NCBI GenBank assembly: GCA_009836005.1 | Contig: VXWG01000053.1 | Span: 45,722 to 109,721, forward strand | Length of the DNA stretch: 64,000 bases | From: Candidatus Palauibacter irciniicola | GTDB lineage: Bacteria > Gemmatimonadota > Gemmatimonadetes > Palauibacterales > Palauibacteraceae | Direction: 5' to 3' | In this document: in pieces, positions 28,620 to 36,785 of the stretch | Position numbering within the stretch: the stretch's first letter is position 1 | Layout: each line of letters starts with the position of its first letter | Notes under the pieces: generated by a model | Databases searched by the model: none | The model's input: the letters and a program-made list of their open reading frames with translations, nothing else | Told to the model about the DNA's origin: nothing | Position numbers and translations under genes: made by a program

Positions 28620-29893
28620 TGGGCGGGCTCCTCCTCGGCGTCTTCGGCCTCCTGGTGCTGGCGGCCGTGCCCATCGGATTCGCGCTCGCAATTGCGGCCG
28701 TCATCGCCATCGTGGTGGCGGATCTCCCGCTCGTCGTCATCCCGCAGCAGATCGTCGCGGGGATGGACTCGTTCCCCATGCTCGCGGTGCCCCTGTTCAT
28801 CCTCGCCGGCTATCTGATGGATGTCGGAGGGATCAGCCGCCGCCTGGTGACGCTGGCCCGCGCACTCGTGGGCCACCTCCCCGGAGGGCTCGGGCAGGTG
28901 GTCGTCATGGCCGAGGTGTTCTTTTCCGGCGTGTCGGGCTCGACGTCTGCGGACGCGGCCGCCGTCGGCGGCATCATGGTGCCCCAGTTGACCGCGAACG
29001 GGTACGGCCGGGCGCGCGCCACGGCGATTGTCTCGGCCGCGTGCGGCATGGGGATCCTCATCCCGCCCGCCATTGTGATGGTCGTCTACGGCGTCATCGG
29101 CAACGTCTCCATCGGCGCCCTGTTCGTCGCCTCGGTCGTGCCCGCGCTCCTCATCGCCACAGGCCTGATGGCGCAGATCGGGTGGCAGGCGCGGAGGGAA
29201 GGGTGGCCGCGCGGGGAGCGCGCCTCGATCGCCGAACTCCGCCGCGCGACGCTCGACGCGGTGCTCCCGCTCTTCATGATCGTCGTCATCCTGGGGGGCA
29301 TCCGCTTCGGACTCTTCACCCCCACGGAGGCCGCCGCCGTCGCCGTCGCCTACGCGCTGCTCCTGGCTGGACTCGTGTACCGATCCCTCACCCTCGCGGA
29401 GCTGTGGCAGAAGGTCGTCCAGACCGCCGTCGTGTCGGGGATGGTGCTGTTCGTCGTCGGCGCCGCGCATCTCCTCGGCTGGGTCCTCGCCGTCCTGCAG
29501 CTGCCACAGACGCTCGCGTCGACCGTCGTGGGGACCGGGGGCGGGCAGATCGGCTTCATGCTCCTCACAATCCTCGTCTTCCTTCCGCTCGGCGCCATCC
29601 TCGAGGGCGTGCCCGCGGTCGTCCTGCTGACGCCGATCCTGCTGCCCCTCGCGACGCAACTCGGGATCGACCCCGTGCACTACGGCGCCGTGATCGTCGC
29701 CACGCAGGGAATCTCCGTGTTCCTGCCGCCCGTCGGCGTGAGCCTGCTCGTGGCCTGTTCGGTGGGAGGCGTGGAGCCGGCCGAGGTCGCGCGCCCGCTC
29801 TGGCCCTACCTCGCGCTCATGCTGGCGCTCACAGTCGCCATCGCGTTCCTGCCCGACGTCGTCCTGTTCCTGCCGGAACTGCTCGGGTACTGA
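28619..29893 (+). CDS. dctM: TRAP transporter large permease DctM
   Basis: Begins MGGLLLGVFGLLVLAAVPIGFALAIAAV, with about 12 TM helices in the DctM pattern. The ATG at 28619 was located by codon arithmetic; the upstream part of the track ORF is frame noise. Confidence 0.85.
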   Translation: MGGLLLGVFGLLVLAAVPIGFALAIAAVIAIVVADLPLVVIPQQIVAGMDSFPMLAVPLFILAGYLMDVGGISRRLVTLARALVGHLPGGLGQVVVMAEVFFSGVSGSTSADAAAVGGIMVPQLTANGYGRARATAIVSAACGMGILIPPAIVMVVYGVIGNVSIGALFVASVVPALLIATGLMAQIGWQARREGWPRGERASIAELRRATLDAVLPLFMIVVILGGIRFGLFTPTEAAAVAVAYALLLAGLVYRSLTLAELWQKVVQTAVVSGMVLFVVGAAHLLGWVLAVLQLPQTLASTVVGTGGGQIGFMLLTILVFLPLGAILEGVPAVVLLTPILLPLATQLGIDPVHYGAVIVATQGISVFLPPVGVSLLVACSVGGVEPAEVARPLWPYLALMLALTVAIAFLPDVVLFLPELLGY

Positions 29894-29945
29894 AGGGTCT
29901 GAGCCACGGATCGTTTCGTGAACGGCATGACCCTGGGACCGGACG

Positions 29946-30491
29946 ATGGAGACACGAGAGTTCGAGATCAGAACGGAGCGGCTGCTGCTCCGGCCGCACC
30001 GTCTGGAAGACGTGGACGACATATTCGAGTTCGCCCGCGACCCGGAGTGGGCCCGATACCTGCCGGTGCCGGTGCCCTACCTCAGGGAACACGCGGAGGA
30101 GTTCGTCGCGCGGCGGATCCTCACGTCCCCGGACGAGTGGCCGGTGTGGGCGATCGTCCTGGCAGGCAAGGTCATCGGCGGCATCGGCATCAGGATCGAC
30201 GCCGAGCATGCGACGGGCGCACTGGGCTACTCGATCGCGAAGGAGCATTGGGGCCGAGGTCTGACCGTGGAGGCGGCCCGCGCCGTCGTCGACTGGGCGT
30301 TCCGCGAGCGCGGGCTCGCGAAGGTGTACGCGTACGCCGATGCGCGGAACACGTCGTCCCTGAGGGTGATGGAAAAGCTGGGCATGACCCGCGAGGGGAC
30401 GTTGCGCAGCCACCGGACGCTGCGGGAGGAGCGGGTCGACGACGTGTACTACGGACTCCTCAGGGAAGAGTGGGAGAGGGACGAACGCTAA
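29946..30491 (+). CDS. GNAT-family N-acetyltransferase (RimJ/RimL-like)
   Basis: N-terminus LLLRPHRLEDVDDIFEFARDPEWARYL and a GNAT core HWGRGLTVEAARAVVDWAF. Confidence 0.75.
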   Translation: METREFEIRTERLLLRPHRLEDVDDIFEFARDPEWARYLPVPVPYLREHAEEFVARRILTSPDEWPVWAIVLAGKVIGGIGIRIDAEHATGALGYSIAKEHWGRGLTVEAARAVVDWAFRERGLAKVYAYADARNTSSLRVMEKLGMTREGTLRSHRTLREERVDDVYYGLLREEWERDER

Positions 30492-30506
30492 GGTGGCTCG
30501 CGCCGC

Positions 30507-31315
30507 TCAAGGCATATCACCCAGCCCCGTGGCCATCCGCCCCACATATTCTACCACTGGATCCCATACCTCATCGAACTCCTCCTCAGCGCCCGGAGGG
30601 AGCAGGTGAGCCAGGTTGCGCTCCCAGTCAGCGTGGAACTCGTCCCTGCGCTCCAGCAGACGACCCGGGTCGATGACCCCCAATTCGACCTCTCTCGCCT
30701 GCAGTTTCCGCGGGAGGTTGACTCGTACCTTCCGCTCATCCACGTGCTCCAGGAGCGAGAAGATGTCGTACACATCTCTCGATACGGCGTGAAGCCGTTG
30801 ACCGAGAACGGCTCGGACCTTCTCGGACATGACTTCTTCCAAGGCATAACACGTCAACTCGCTCTCTCCGAGATCCTCGGCGTCGGAGAAGGGATGGAAT
30901 AGCGGGCGCGACACGGGGCTGAACGTCAGTACTTCGTTCCGCGTGATGTCGAGGCGAAGACCGGGCGGAGATCCGCCCGAAGCATGCGGTCCGCGCCAAT
31001 AGAGAGTGAACTTGAGGCTCTCGCGCCCGTACTCGTCGTCAATGACTCTCCGCTTCGGTTCCCGGGCCGCGAAGTCGATGCCGCTGGCCCCCTGAACCGC
31101 TGCGAATGCCTCGCCGACCGATTTCTCAAACTCCTCCCAACCAAACCACTGGGTTGCTGTGAAGTCGTCCCACCCTTGAAGATCAGCCGCTTCGCCAGAA
31201 AACGGTGTCCCGCGATTCCTCGGAGGGCCCATCCGAGCGCGTAATCCAACTCTACGATGCGAGGCTCGACACTCGCGGCTCGCGCGCGTCGGCGGATCTC
31301 CGCGTCCTGAATCAT
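30507..31315 (-). pseudogene. abiEii: AbiEii/AbiGii-family nucleotidyltransferase toxin (type IV TA), with the reading frame split between two overlapping ORFs
   Basis: The N-terminal NTase signature RIVELDYALGWALRGIAGHRFLAKRLIFKGGTT is in the frame of track ORF 30926..31441. The DUF1814-like body (SGIDFAAREP...KFTLYWRG...YALEEVMSEKVRAVLG...) is in the frame of track ORF 30507..31445. The junction lies between about 31080 and 31170. Confidence 0.5.
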
Positions 31316-32145
31316 GTCTGCTCGCGGAGCCCTTCCTCCGGGAGATTGATTTCGATGCGCCACCGAGTGGCGATCCGATGAGGCTTTCTCGGAGTGGACG
31401 GATCGAGTCGGCTGATGCCGGCAGTGAGGAGATCCAGCCATTCATTCAGCATCGCCTGCTTCGGAGCATGGGTCAGCTTAACGCTCTCGACAAGAAACCC
31501 GAGCCGCTTCACAACCGCGCCGGAGCCAAAGCGGCGCAGATAACTCGTCATGAGGTCCCAATCGAAGTCGCCATCTCCTCCGAGCAGTGCCTCGCTGACC
31601 TGGGCCACTCCTCCGCTTAGCTCGGGCCTGTCGAGGCAATCTATGATCGTTTTTTCGCGATCCGTGACCTTGACCCGGAATTGTCCGGCACGGTATGCGT
31701 GGCAACCGAAGAACTTCCGAGGCTTCACCCGGACGATCCGAAACCGCATCCCGAGAACCTGCGGTGTGCGGCGTTCCTTGCGGGCGGTCGTCTGCACGTA
31801 CGTAACACGGGGGATCTGTTCGGTGAGGTTCCAGTAGTTGAGGGCAGACCAGTAGCCGACCGTGGCGTGACTCACCAGGTGTCCCGCGATGACGTAGGTG
31901 TCCTCGGTCCAAGTGCGACTGGGGCCGGCCTCGAGTGGAACGATGAGGTACTTCCCCTTCTCAAGACGCTCCAGCCAGCCCTTATCAACGAGTCGTGCCA
32001 ACGCATCCCTGGTCGCCTTGCCTTCGCCAAGCACATCGTACGCATCCTTTGTTGCGAAGATCTGCTTCCCGCTCGCGGCCAAGGTGGTAAGGAATGACGC
32101 CTCGGTGTCGCTGAGGCTTATTATATTACGATACGTCATTACCAC
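31312..32145 (-). CDS. abiEi: AbiEi-family antitoxin / transcriptional regulator (type IV TA)
   Basis: N-terminal winged-helix pattern LARLVDKGWLERLEKGKYLIV. Size 277 aa. The stop overlaps the abiEii start. Lower GC than the flanking DNA. Confidence 0.6.
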   Translation of the reverse strand: MVMTYRNIISLSDTEASFLTTLAASGKQIFATKDAYDVLGEGKATRDALARLVDKGWLERLEKGKYLIVPLEAGPSRTWTEDTYVIAGHLVSHATVGYWSALNYWNLTEQIPRVTYVQTTARKERRTPQVLGMRFRIVRVKPRKFFGCHAYRAGQFRVKVTDREKTIIDCLDRPELSGGVAQVSEALLGGDGDFDWDLMTSYLRRFGSGAVVKRLGFLVESVKLTHAPKQAMLNEWLDLLTAGISRLDPSTPRKPHRIATRWRIEINLPEEGLREQT

Positions 32146-32147
32146 TC

Positions 32148-32219
32148 CTGCATGCGTTAATCACGTATCGAAATGTAATCGATATGGACAGCTTCCGCTA
32201 ATACCGTTCCTGCATGCAG
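32148..32219. promoter_or_regulatory. Nested dyad symmetry in the abiEi promoter: CTGCATGC ... TATCGA-N7-TCGATA ... GCATGCAG
   Basis: Seen directly in the sequence, 3-75 bp upstream of the abiEi start codon, in an AT-rich stretch. Confidence 0.4.
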
Positions 32220-32247
32220 AGCGCCCAAGACGCCGGCGCTGGATCCG

Positions 32248-32973
32248 TCAGTACTTGATGTCGGTTCGGCCGACCGTCATCCCGATGTTGCCGACCCGCC
32301 GGCCCATCGTGTAGTGCTCGCCGCTCCCGGCGGTCATCCCGAAGAAGTCCACGGCGGGCACGATCAGGCGGCCGGCGTCGTCGACCGCGCCCTCGATGGC
32401 GGTCGTCGCCACGACCTCCGCGAGGAAGATCTTCCGCTCGGGCGGCACCTCGAGGGAGTCGAAGATCCGGCACTCGCAGTGGATCGGGGACTCCTCCACC
32501 GTGGGCGCATCGACGACCGTCGCCTCGCCTCTCGTCAGCCCCGAGAGTTCGAACTTGTCGGCCACGCGTCCGGAGTTCATGTCGACGGTGTCGAACGCCT
32601 CGACCATCGATGCAAGCGGGACGTTCAGCACGAACTCGTCGTGGATCTCCAGGAGTTCCCTCGCCTGGTGCTCGAAGGCCGCGCTCACCCCGATCTGGGG
32701 CGGGTCGCCGCTCACGACGAACGTCCACAGCACCGAGATCTCGTCCGGGTCGCCGGGCCGGCCGTTCACGGTGAGCAGGATCGCCGGGACGGGCGGAAGC
32801 ATCGGACCCGGCTCCGCAAGCAACCGGCGAGCCCCGGTGAGCGGCGCCGGTGGCCTACCCCCGCCCACAGGCATCCCCTCGTCGGGTGCACATCCCCAAA
32901 CGGCGGCAACCGCGGCGGCCGCCGAGCCACTCCCCAGAAACCGTCTCCTCGACCAGCCGTCCGTTAATGGCAT
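32248..32973 (-). CDS. Flavin-reductase-like (FMN-binding split-barrel) protein with a Tat signal
   Basis: Tat signal SRRRFLGSGSAAAAVAA. Flavin_Reduct-like core ILLTVNGRPGDPDEISVLWTFVVSGDPPQIGVS. Confidence 0.5.
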   Translation of the reverse strand: MPLTDGWSRRRFLGSGSAAAAVAAVWGCAPDEGMPVGGGRPPAPLTGARRLLAEPGPMLPPVPAILLTVNGRPGDPDEISVLWTFVVSGDPPQIGVSAAFEHQARELLEIHDEFVLNVPLASMVEAFDTVDMNSGRVADKFELSGLTRGEATVVDAPTVEESPIHCECRIFDSLEVPPERKIFLAEVVATTAIEGAVDDAGRLIVPAVDFFGMTAGSGEHYTMGRRVGNIGMTVGRTDIKY

Positions 32974-33018
32974 CTTCTTCACCGCCTCCTCGCGCATAGC
33001 CTGCCGTGCGCCCGGGCA

Positions 33019-34158
33019 TCAATAGATGCCGGGGATGATCCGATATTTCACACGCGCCTGGTACTCGGCCCACTTCTCCGGGCCGTATTTTTCGGCGCAG
33101 TACTGGTCGTCGAAGCGCTGTCGGAAAATGAACAGTCCGACGATGAAGACGAAGTAGGTCCAGGCCCAGGGGTTGGCGAAGTAGCCGAACACGAGGGCGA
33201 TGGAGAGGGAGAAGAAGCCCTCGCCCAGGTAGTTGAAGTGGCGGGCGACGCCCCACAGGCCGCTGCACAGGATCTTGCGGTCGCCGGCCTCGATGTACTC
33301 GGGCTCGATGAGGCCGAGGAACTTGCGCTCGGGCCAGCGCTTGAAGGTGTACTTCTGCATGTTGGCGCCGCGCGTGATGCCCCATGCGATGAGGAACAGC
33401 GTGGGTGCGCCGATCAACCACACCTGTCTCCAGGGCGCCGCGAAGCCCGGGTCCGGGTACACGGCCAGGCCCCACAGCGGCAGGATATAGAGCCACCCGT
33501 ACACCATGATTCCGCCCCAGATCATCTTGAAGCCGAGCTTCTCGTGGATCACGTCGTACGTGTACAGCTGGACGCGCTCGAAGATGAAGTAGTCGAAGAC
33601 GTAGAACGTGAGGAACCCCGCGTACAGGAAGACGCCGGGGTTGGAGTCCGCGCCGAAGAGGCCGTAGTGGTACGCGGCTCCGGAGAGGGCGTTCAGCGAA
33701 AGCATGGTCCCGCCGACGACGTACAGGAACATCTTCACGTCGAAGCGTTCGTTGAAGAACGAAAGCTCGAGGACGCGGCCTTCCCAGAGGGCGGCGAGCG
33801 GGCGCTTCACCTTGCCGCGCGACCCTCCGAACACGGCGAGGAGGGCGAAGACCAGGCACATGACCGTGCCGCCCGCGACCTGGTAGACGGTGGACCGGTA
33901 GAACCAGTCTCGCGGCATCCCGGTGAGTTCGAGCGCCCACACAAGTTCCGCGAGCACGAACACCAGCAGGCCGTTCAGCCGGTAGCCGCGGGGCTCGCCG
34001 GTCTCCGCGTCGATGACGTAGCCGGGCACCCGCCTCCCCGGCAGCGCGAGTTGCACTACGAAGAACGCGGCGCAGATCGCGAGCGGGGCGAGGAAGCCGG
34101 CAAGCGCTTCGGTCCCGGAAAGCGCGAACAGGTGCCCGATGCCCAGCCATTCAATCAT
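33019..34158 (-). CDS. ERG4/ERG24-family sterol reductase homolog (7-dehydrocholesterol / C14 / C24(28) reductase-like)
   Basis: Signature LCSGLWGVARHFNYLGEGFFSLSIAL matching the GLWxxSRHPNYxGE family motif, with multiple TM helices. Starts MIEWLGIGHLF; ATG at 34158 by codon arithmetic. Confidence 0.7.
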   Translation of the reverse strand: MIEWLGIGHLFALSGTEALAGFLAPLAICAAFFVVQLALPGRRVPGYVIDAETGEPRGYRLNGLLVFVLAELVWALELTGMPRDWFYRSTVYQVAGGTVMCLVFALLAVFGGSRGKVKRPLAALWEGRVLELSFFNERFDVKMFLYVVGGTMLSLNALSGAAYHYGLFGADSNPGVFLYAGFLTFYVFDYFIFERVQLYTYDVIHEKLGFKMIWGGIMVYGWLYILPLWGLAVYPDPGFAAPWRQVWLIGAPTLFLIAWGITRGANMQKYTFKRWPERKFLGLIEPEYIEAGDRKILCSGLWGVARHFNYLGEGFFSLSIALVFGYFANPWAWTYFVFIVGLFIFRQRFDDQYCAEKYGPEKWAEYQARVKYRIIPGIY

Positions 34159-34481
34159 CAGAAAAGGTCCTCTCCCGGGAGTGCCGCTGCCTGCCGGAGC
34201 CAGCCTGTCAGGAGGTCCTCGTCCAGTGCGTCGTCCTCGTGGATGTGGAAGTAGCGCACCTGCTCCTGCTTCGATTCGACCGGCGGCGCGGGACGCAGCG
34301 AGGCGCCGTTGAGGAAGGTCACCTTGATGTACCGCGTGAAACAATGGAACGAGAGGAACCAGCCCTGGTTCTCGATGCCGTAGAAGGGCGAGTTCCAGCG
34401 GACCGCCCTGCGGACATCGGGCACGCTCCGCTCGATGAGCGCGTCGAGGCGGCGACCGACCTCGCGTTTCCAGCCCGGCAT
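34158..34481 (-). CDS. DUF1801 (YdhG-like) domain protein
   Basis: Pattern RWNSPFYGIENQGWFLSFHCFTRYIKVTFLNG. The stop overlaps the downstream start (TGATG). Confidence 0.6.
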   Translation of the reverse strand: MPGWKREVGRRLDALIERSVPDVRRAVRWNSPFYGIENQGWFLSFHCFTRYIKVTFLNGASLRPAPPVESKQEQVRYFHIHEDDALDEDLLTGWLRQAAALPGEDLF

Positions 34482-34570
34482 GGCCGTGATGTAGTCCTGT
34501 ACCGGCGCATCTCCGTCGCCCTTCGGAATCTGGGGATTGCCGCCGGAGAGGAGTCGCGCGGCCAGGCCCG

Positions 34571-36037
34571 CTATCCCTCCGTCCGCGCGAACCGCAGGTT
34601 CCTGACCCGCCCGGCGTCCACCATCAGCGCCTCGTACCGGCCGCCGACGAGTTCGGAGAAGCGGAGGGTCGGCCCGTCCTCGGTCGTGAGTTGTCCGTCG
34701 GCTTCGGCCACGAGTGCGACGGGGTCCCGCCGCCCAACGTGCAGCATGAGCCCGGAGGCGCCTTCCTCCACGATCCGATACGTGGCGTGCAGTTCCGGGC
34801 TGTAGAAGGATCCGGCGTAGCGCGCGCGATTCGGAACGTCGTGGTCCGGCGGAGCCTCCCCGGCAGCCTCTTCCTCCGCAGCCTCCTCGTCCTCGCCTTC
34901 CGCGACGTCCTCGGGCGGGGCCATCGCGTCTTCCAGGTAGATCTCGGCCGTGCTCGCGATCAGGGACATGGGATCGCTCCGCGACCGGTTACACAGGGCG
35001 ACGAACGAGTAGCCGGCGTCAGGATAGCGGGACATGCCCGTGCGGTAGCCGACCCACGAGCCGCTGTGCCCGACGGTGGCCAGCCCCCGGTGCTCGCCGT
35101 GCGAGAGACCGAAGGCGTAGGGAATCGTGTCGCCGGAAGTGAGCACGCCCCGTTCGTGCATCAGCGCGACCCATTCGGGCCCGCCGACCGTGCCCTCGGT
35201 GAGGTTGCGGTCCCATGCGGGCCACTCCTCCACCGAAGTGTAGATGCCGCCGTCTCCGACGACGTCGAGCGTCGTCATGTTGATCCGGAAGCCGTCATCG
35301 GTGGGCGAATAACCGGTCGCCCGGCCGGGGACGACTTCGTTGTGGTCGTCGTGGAAGTGCGTGCGCGGCATGCCCAGAGGATCGAAGAACTCGGTCCGGG
35401 CGAACTCCCTCAGGCTTTGTCCCGAAACCTCGGCCACGATCTCGGCGAGCAGGACGTAGCCGGAGTTGCTGTACAGGTACTCGGAGCCCGGAGGAAAGTT
35501 GAGTTCGCGCTGTCGGTGGATCGCGTCGAGGATGTCCTGATTCGTGATGAAATCCTCGCTCCGGTTCCCCGCCAGGGTGAAGAGCCCGAGGTAGTCGCGC
35601 ACGCCGGACGTGTGGTGGATCAGGTGTCGGACGGTGGGAGAGTCGGCGTAGTCGGGGAATTCGGGGACGTAGCGCTGGACGGGAGCATCCAGATCCACCT
35701 CTCCCCGGAGGGCGAGCAGGGCGACCGCGCCGGCCGTGAACTGCTTGGAGACGGACGCGATGCGGTAGATGGTCTCGGGGCCGTTCGGGATGCCGTGGTC
35801 GAGGTTGGCGGTGCCGTAGCCGGCCGCATGGACAAGGCGGCCGTCCCGGATCACGCCCAGGGAGCAGCCGGGTCCGTCGGCGCTGGCGTAGTCGGCGAAG
35901 ACCGCGTCGACCCGGGCCGACAGCCCGGCGTCCCCGTCGGGGGCGCAGCCTGCGAGTGCGCCCACCAGGACCGCGGCGATCACGGCCACGCCGGTCGGAT
36001 GACGGCAGACGCCCCGCGACTGCGTGGTCAGGATCAC
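34571..36037 (-). CDS. Lipoprotein serine hydrolase of the beta-lactamase family
   Basis: Lipobox ...VAVIAAVLVGALAGC, SxxK in ASVSKQF, a YxN-like YSNSGY motif and HSGSWVGY near the C-terminus. A GTG start at 36037 overlaps the HD gene stop. Upstream of that, the 762-aa track ORF is noise. Confidence 0.7.
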   Translation of the reverse strand: MILTTQSRGVCRHPTGVAVIAAVLVGALAGCAPDGDAGLSARVDAVFADYASADGPGCSLGVIRDGRLVHAAGYGTANLDHGIPNGPETIYRIASVSKQFTAGAVALLALRGEVDLDAPVQRYVPEFPDYADSPTVRHLIHHTSGVRDYLGLFTLAGNRSEDFITNQDILDAIHRQRELNFPPGSEYLYSNSGYVLLAEIVAEVSGQSLREFARTEFFDPLGMPRTHFHDDHNEVVPGRATGYSPTDDGFRINMTTLDVVGDGGIYTSVEEWPAWDRNLTEGTVGGPEWVALMHERGVLTSGDTIPYAFGLSHGEHRGLATVGHSGSWVGYRTGMSRYPDAGYSFVALCNRSRSDPMSLIASTAEIYLEDAMAPPEDVAEGEDEEAAEEEAAGEAPPDHDVPNRARYAGSFYSPELHATYRIVEEGASGLMLHVGRRDPVALVAEADGQLTTEDGPTLRFSELVGGRYEALMVDAGRVRNLRFARTEG

Positions 36038-36717
36038 CCCCTCGGCCAGAGGCTGAACGGTTCGCGCGCGAAGATCCGGCGGACCATCGGTTCGAAGAAC
36101 TCGAGCGGCAGCGACTCGTAGTCGGGGTCGAACGAGGACTGGTCCCAGCGGTGGCAGAAGTCCACCGCGTCCTGGTACCAGGGGTGGTCGCGGTATCGGT
36201 CGCGCGCGTTGCGGTCGCGGCCCAGGTGGTGGGCGTAGTAGACGAGCTGGAACAGGCCGTGGTGCCGGACGATCCAGTGCGTGCGCTCGGTGACGAAGGG
36301 GCGGAGCAGCAGGGCGGCCAGTTCGCCGTGGCTGTGCGGAGCCAGCAGATCGTCGATGTCGTGCAGGAGTGCGGCCACGACCATCTCCTCGTCCGCACCG
36401 TCCCGGTGGGCGCGGGTCGCGCTCTGCAGGGAATGTTCCAGCCGGTCGACCTGGTAGCCGCCGACGGAGCCGGACAGCTGGCGGAGGTGCGCCAGTACGC
36501 GGTCGGCGGTGCGCGCGGCGAACTCGTCCTCGAGGCGCGAGAGCAGTTCGTAGTCCTCGCGGGTGCCGTCCTCCATGCGGGTGAAGCTCACGACGGGGCC
36601 GCTCGGCTCTGTGCCGGCCTCCGTGCTCGTCCCGGCCGTACGGGGCATGCCGGTCACTCTCCGCTGAGGGTTCGATCGGGGATTCCTCGCCGCAGCGTCG
36701 GCCCAAGCGAAGGGCAT
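36034..36717 (-). CDS. HD-domain protein with extra His ligands (PhnZ/TmpB/MIOX-like candidate diiron oxygenase)
   Basis: HD motif LLHDIDD plus upstream H (EHSLQ, AHRDG) and downstream H/HH/D series (PHSHGE, THWIVRHHG, YAHH, DHP, HRWD). Roughly 200-228 aa; start is ambiguous (TTG 36723, ATG 36717 or ATG 36648). Confidence 0.6.
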   Translation of the reverse strand: MPFAWADAAARNPRSNPQRRVTGMPRTAGTSTEAGTEPSGPVVSFTRMEDGTREDYELLSRLEDEFAARTADRVLAHLRQLSGSVGGYQVDRLEHSLQSATRAHRDGADEEMVVAALLHDIDDLLAPHSHGELAALLLRPFVTERTHWIVRHHGLFQLVYYAHHLGRDRNARDRYRDHPWYQDAVDFCHRWDQSSFDPDYESLPLEFFEPMVRRIFAREPFSLWPRG

Positions 36718-36785
36718 TGTCAAGATCGCTCGGGCGTCCGTAGCGTTCGCTGCAGGCCGGTAACCACGGACTGGGAGGATCGACC

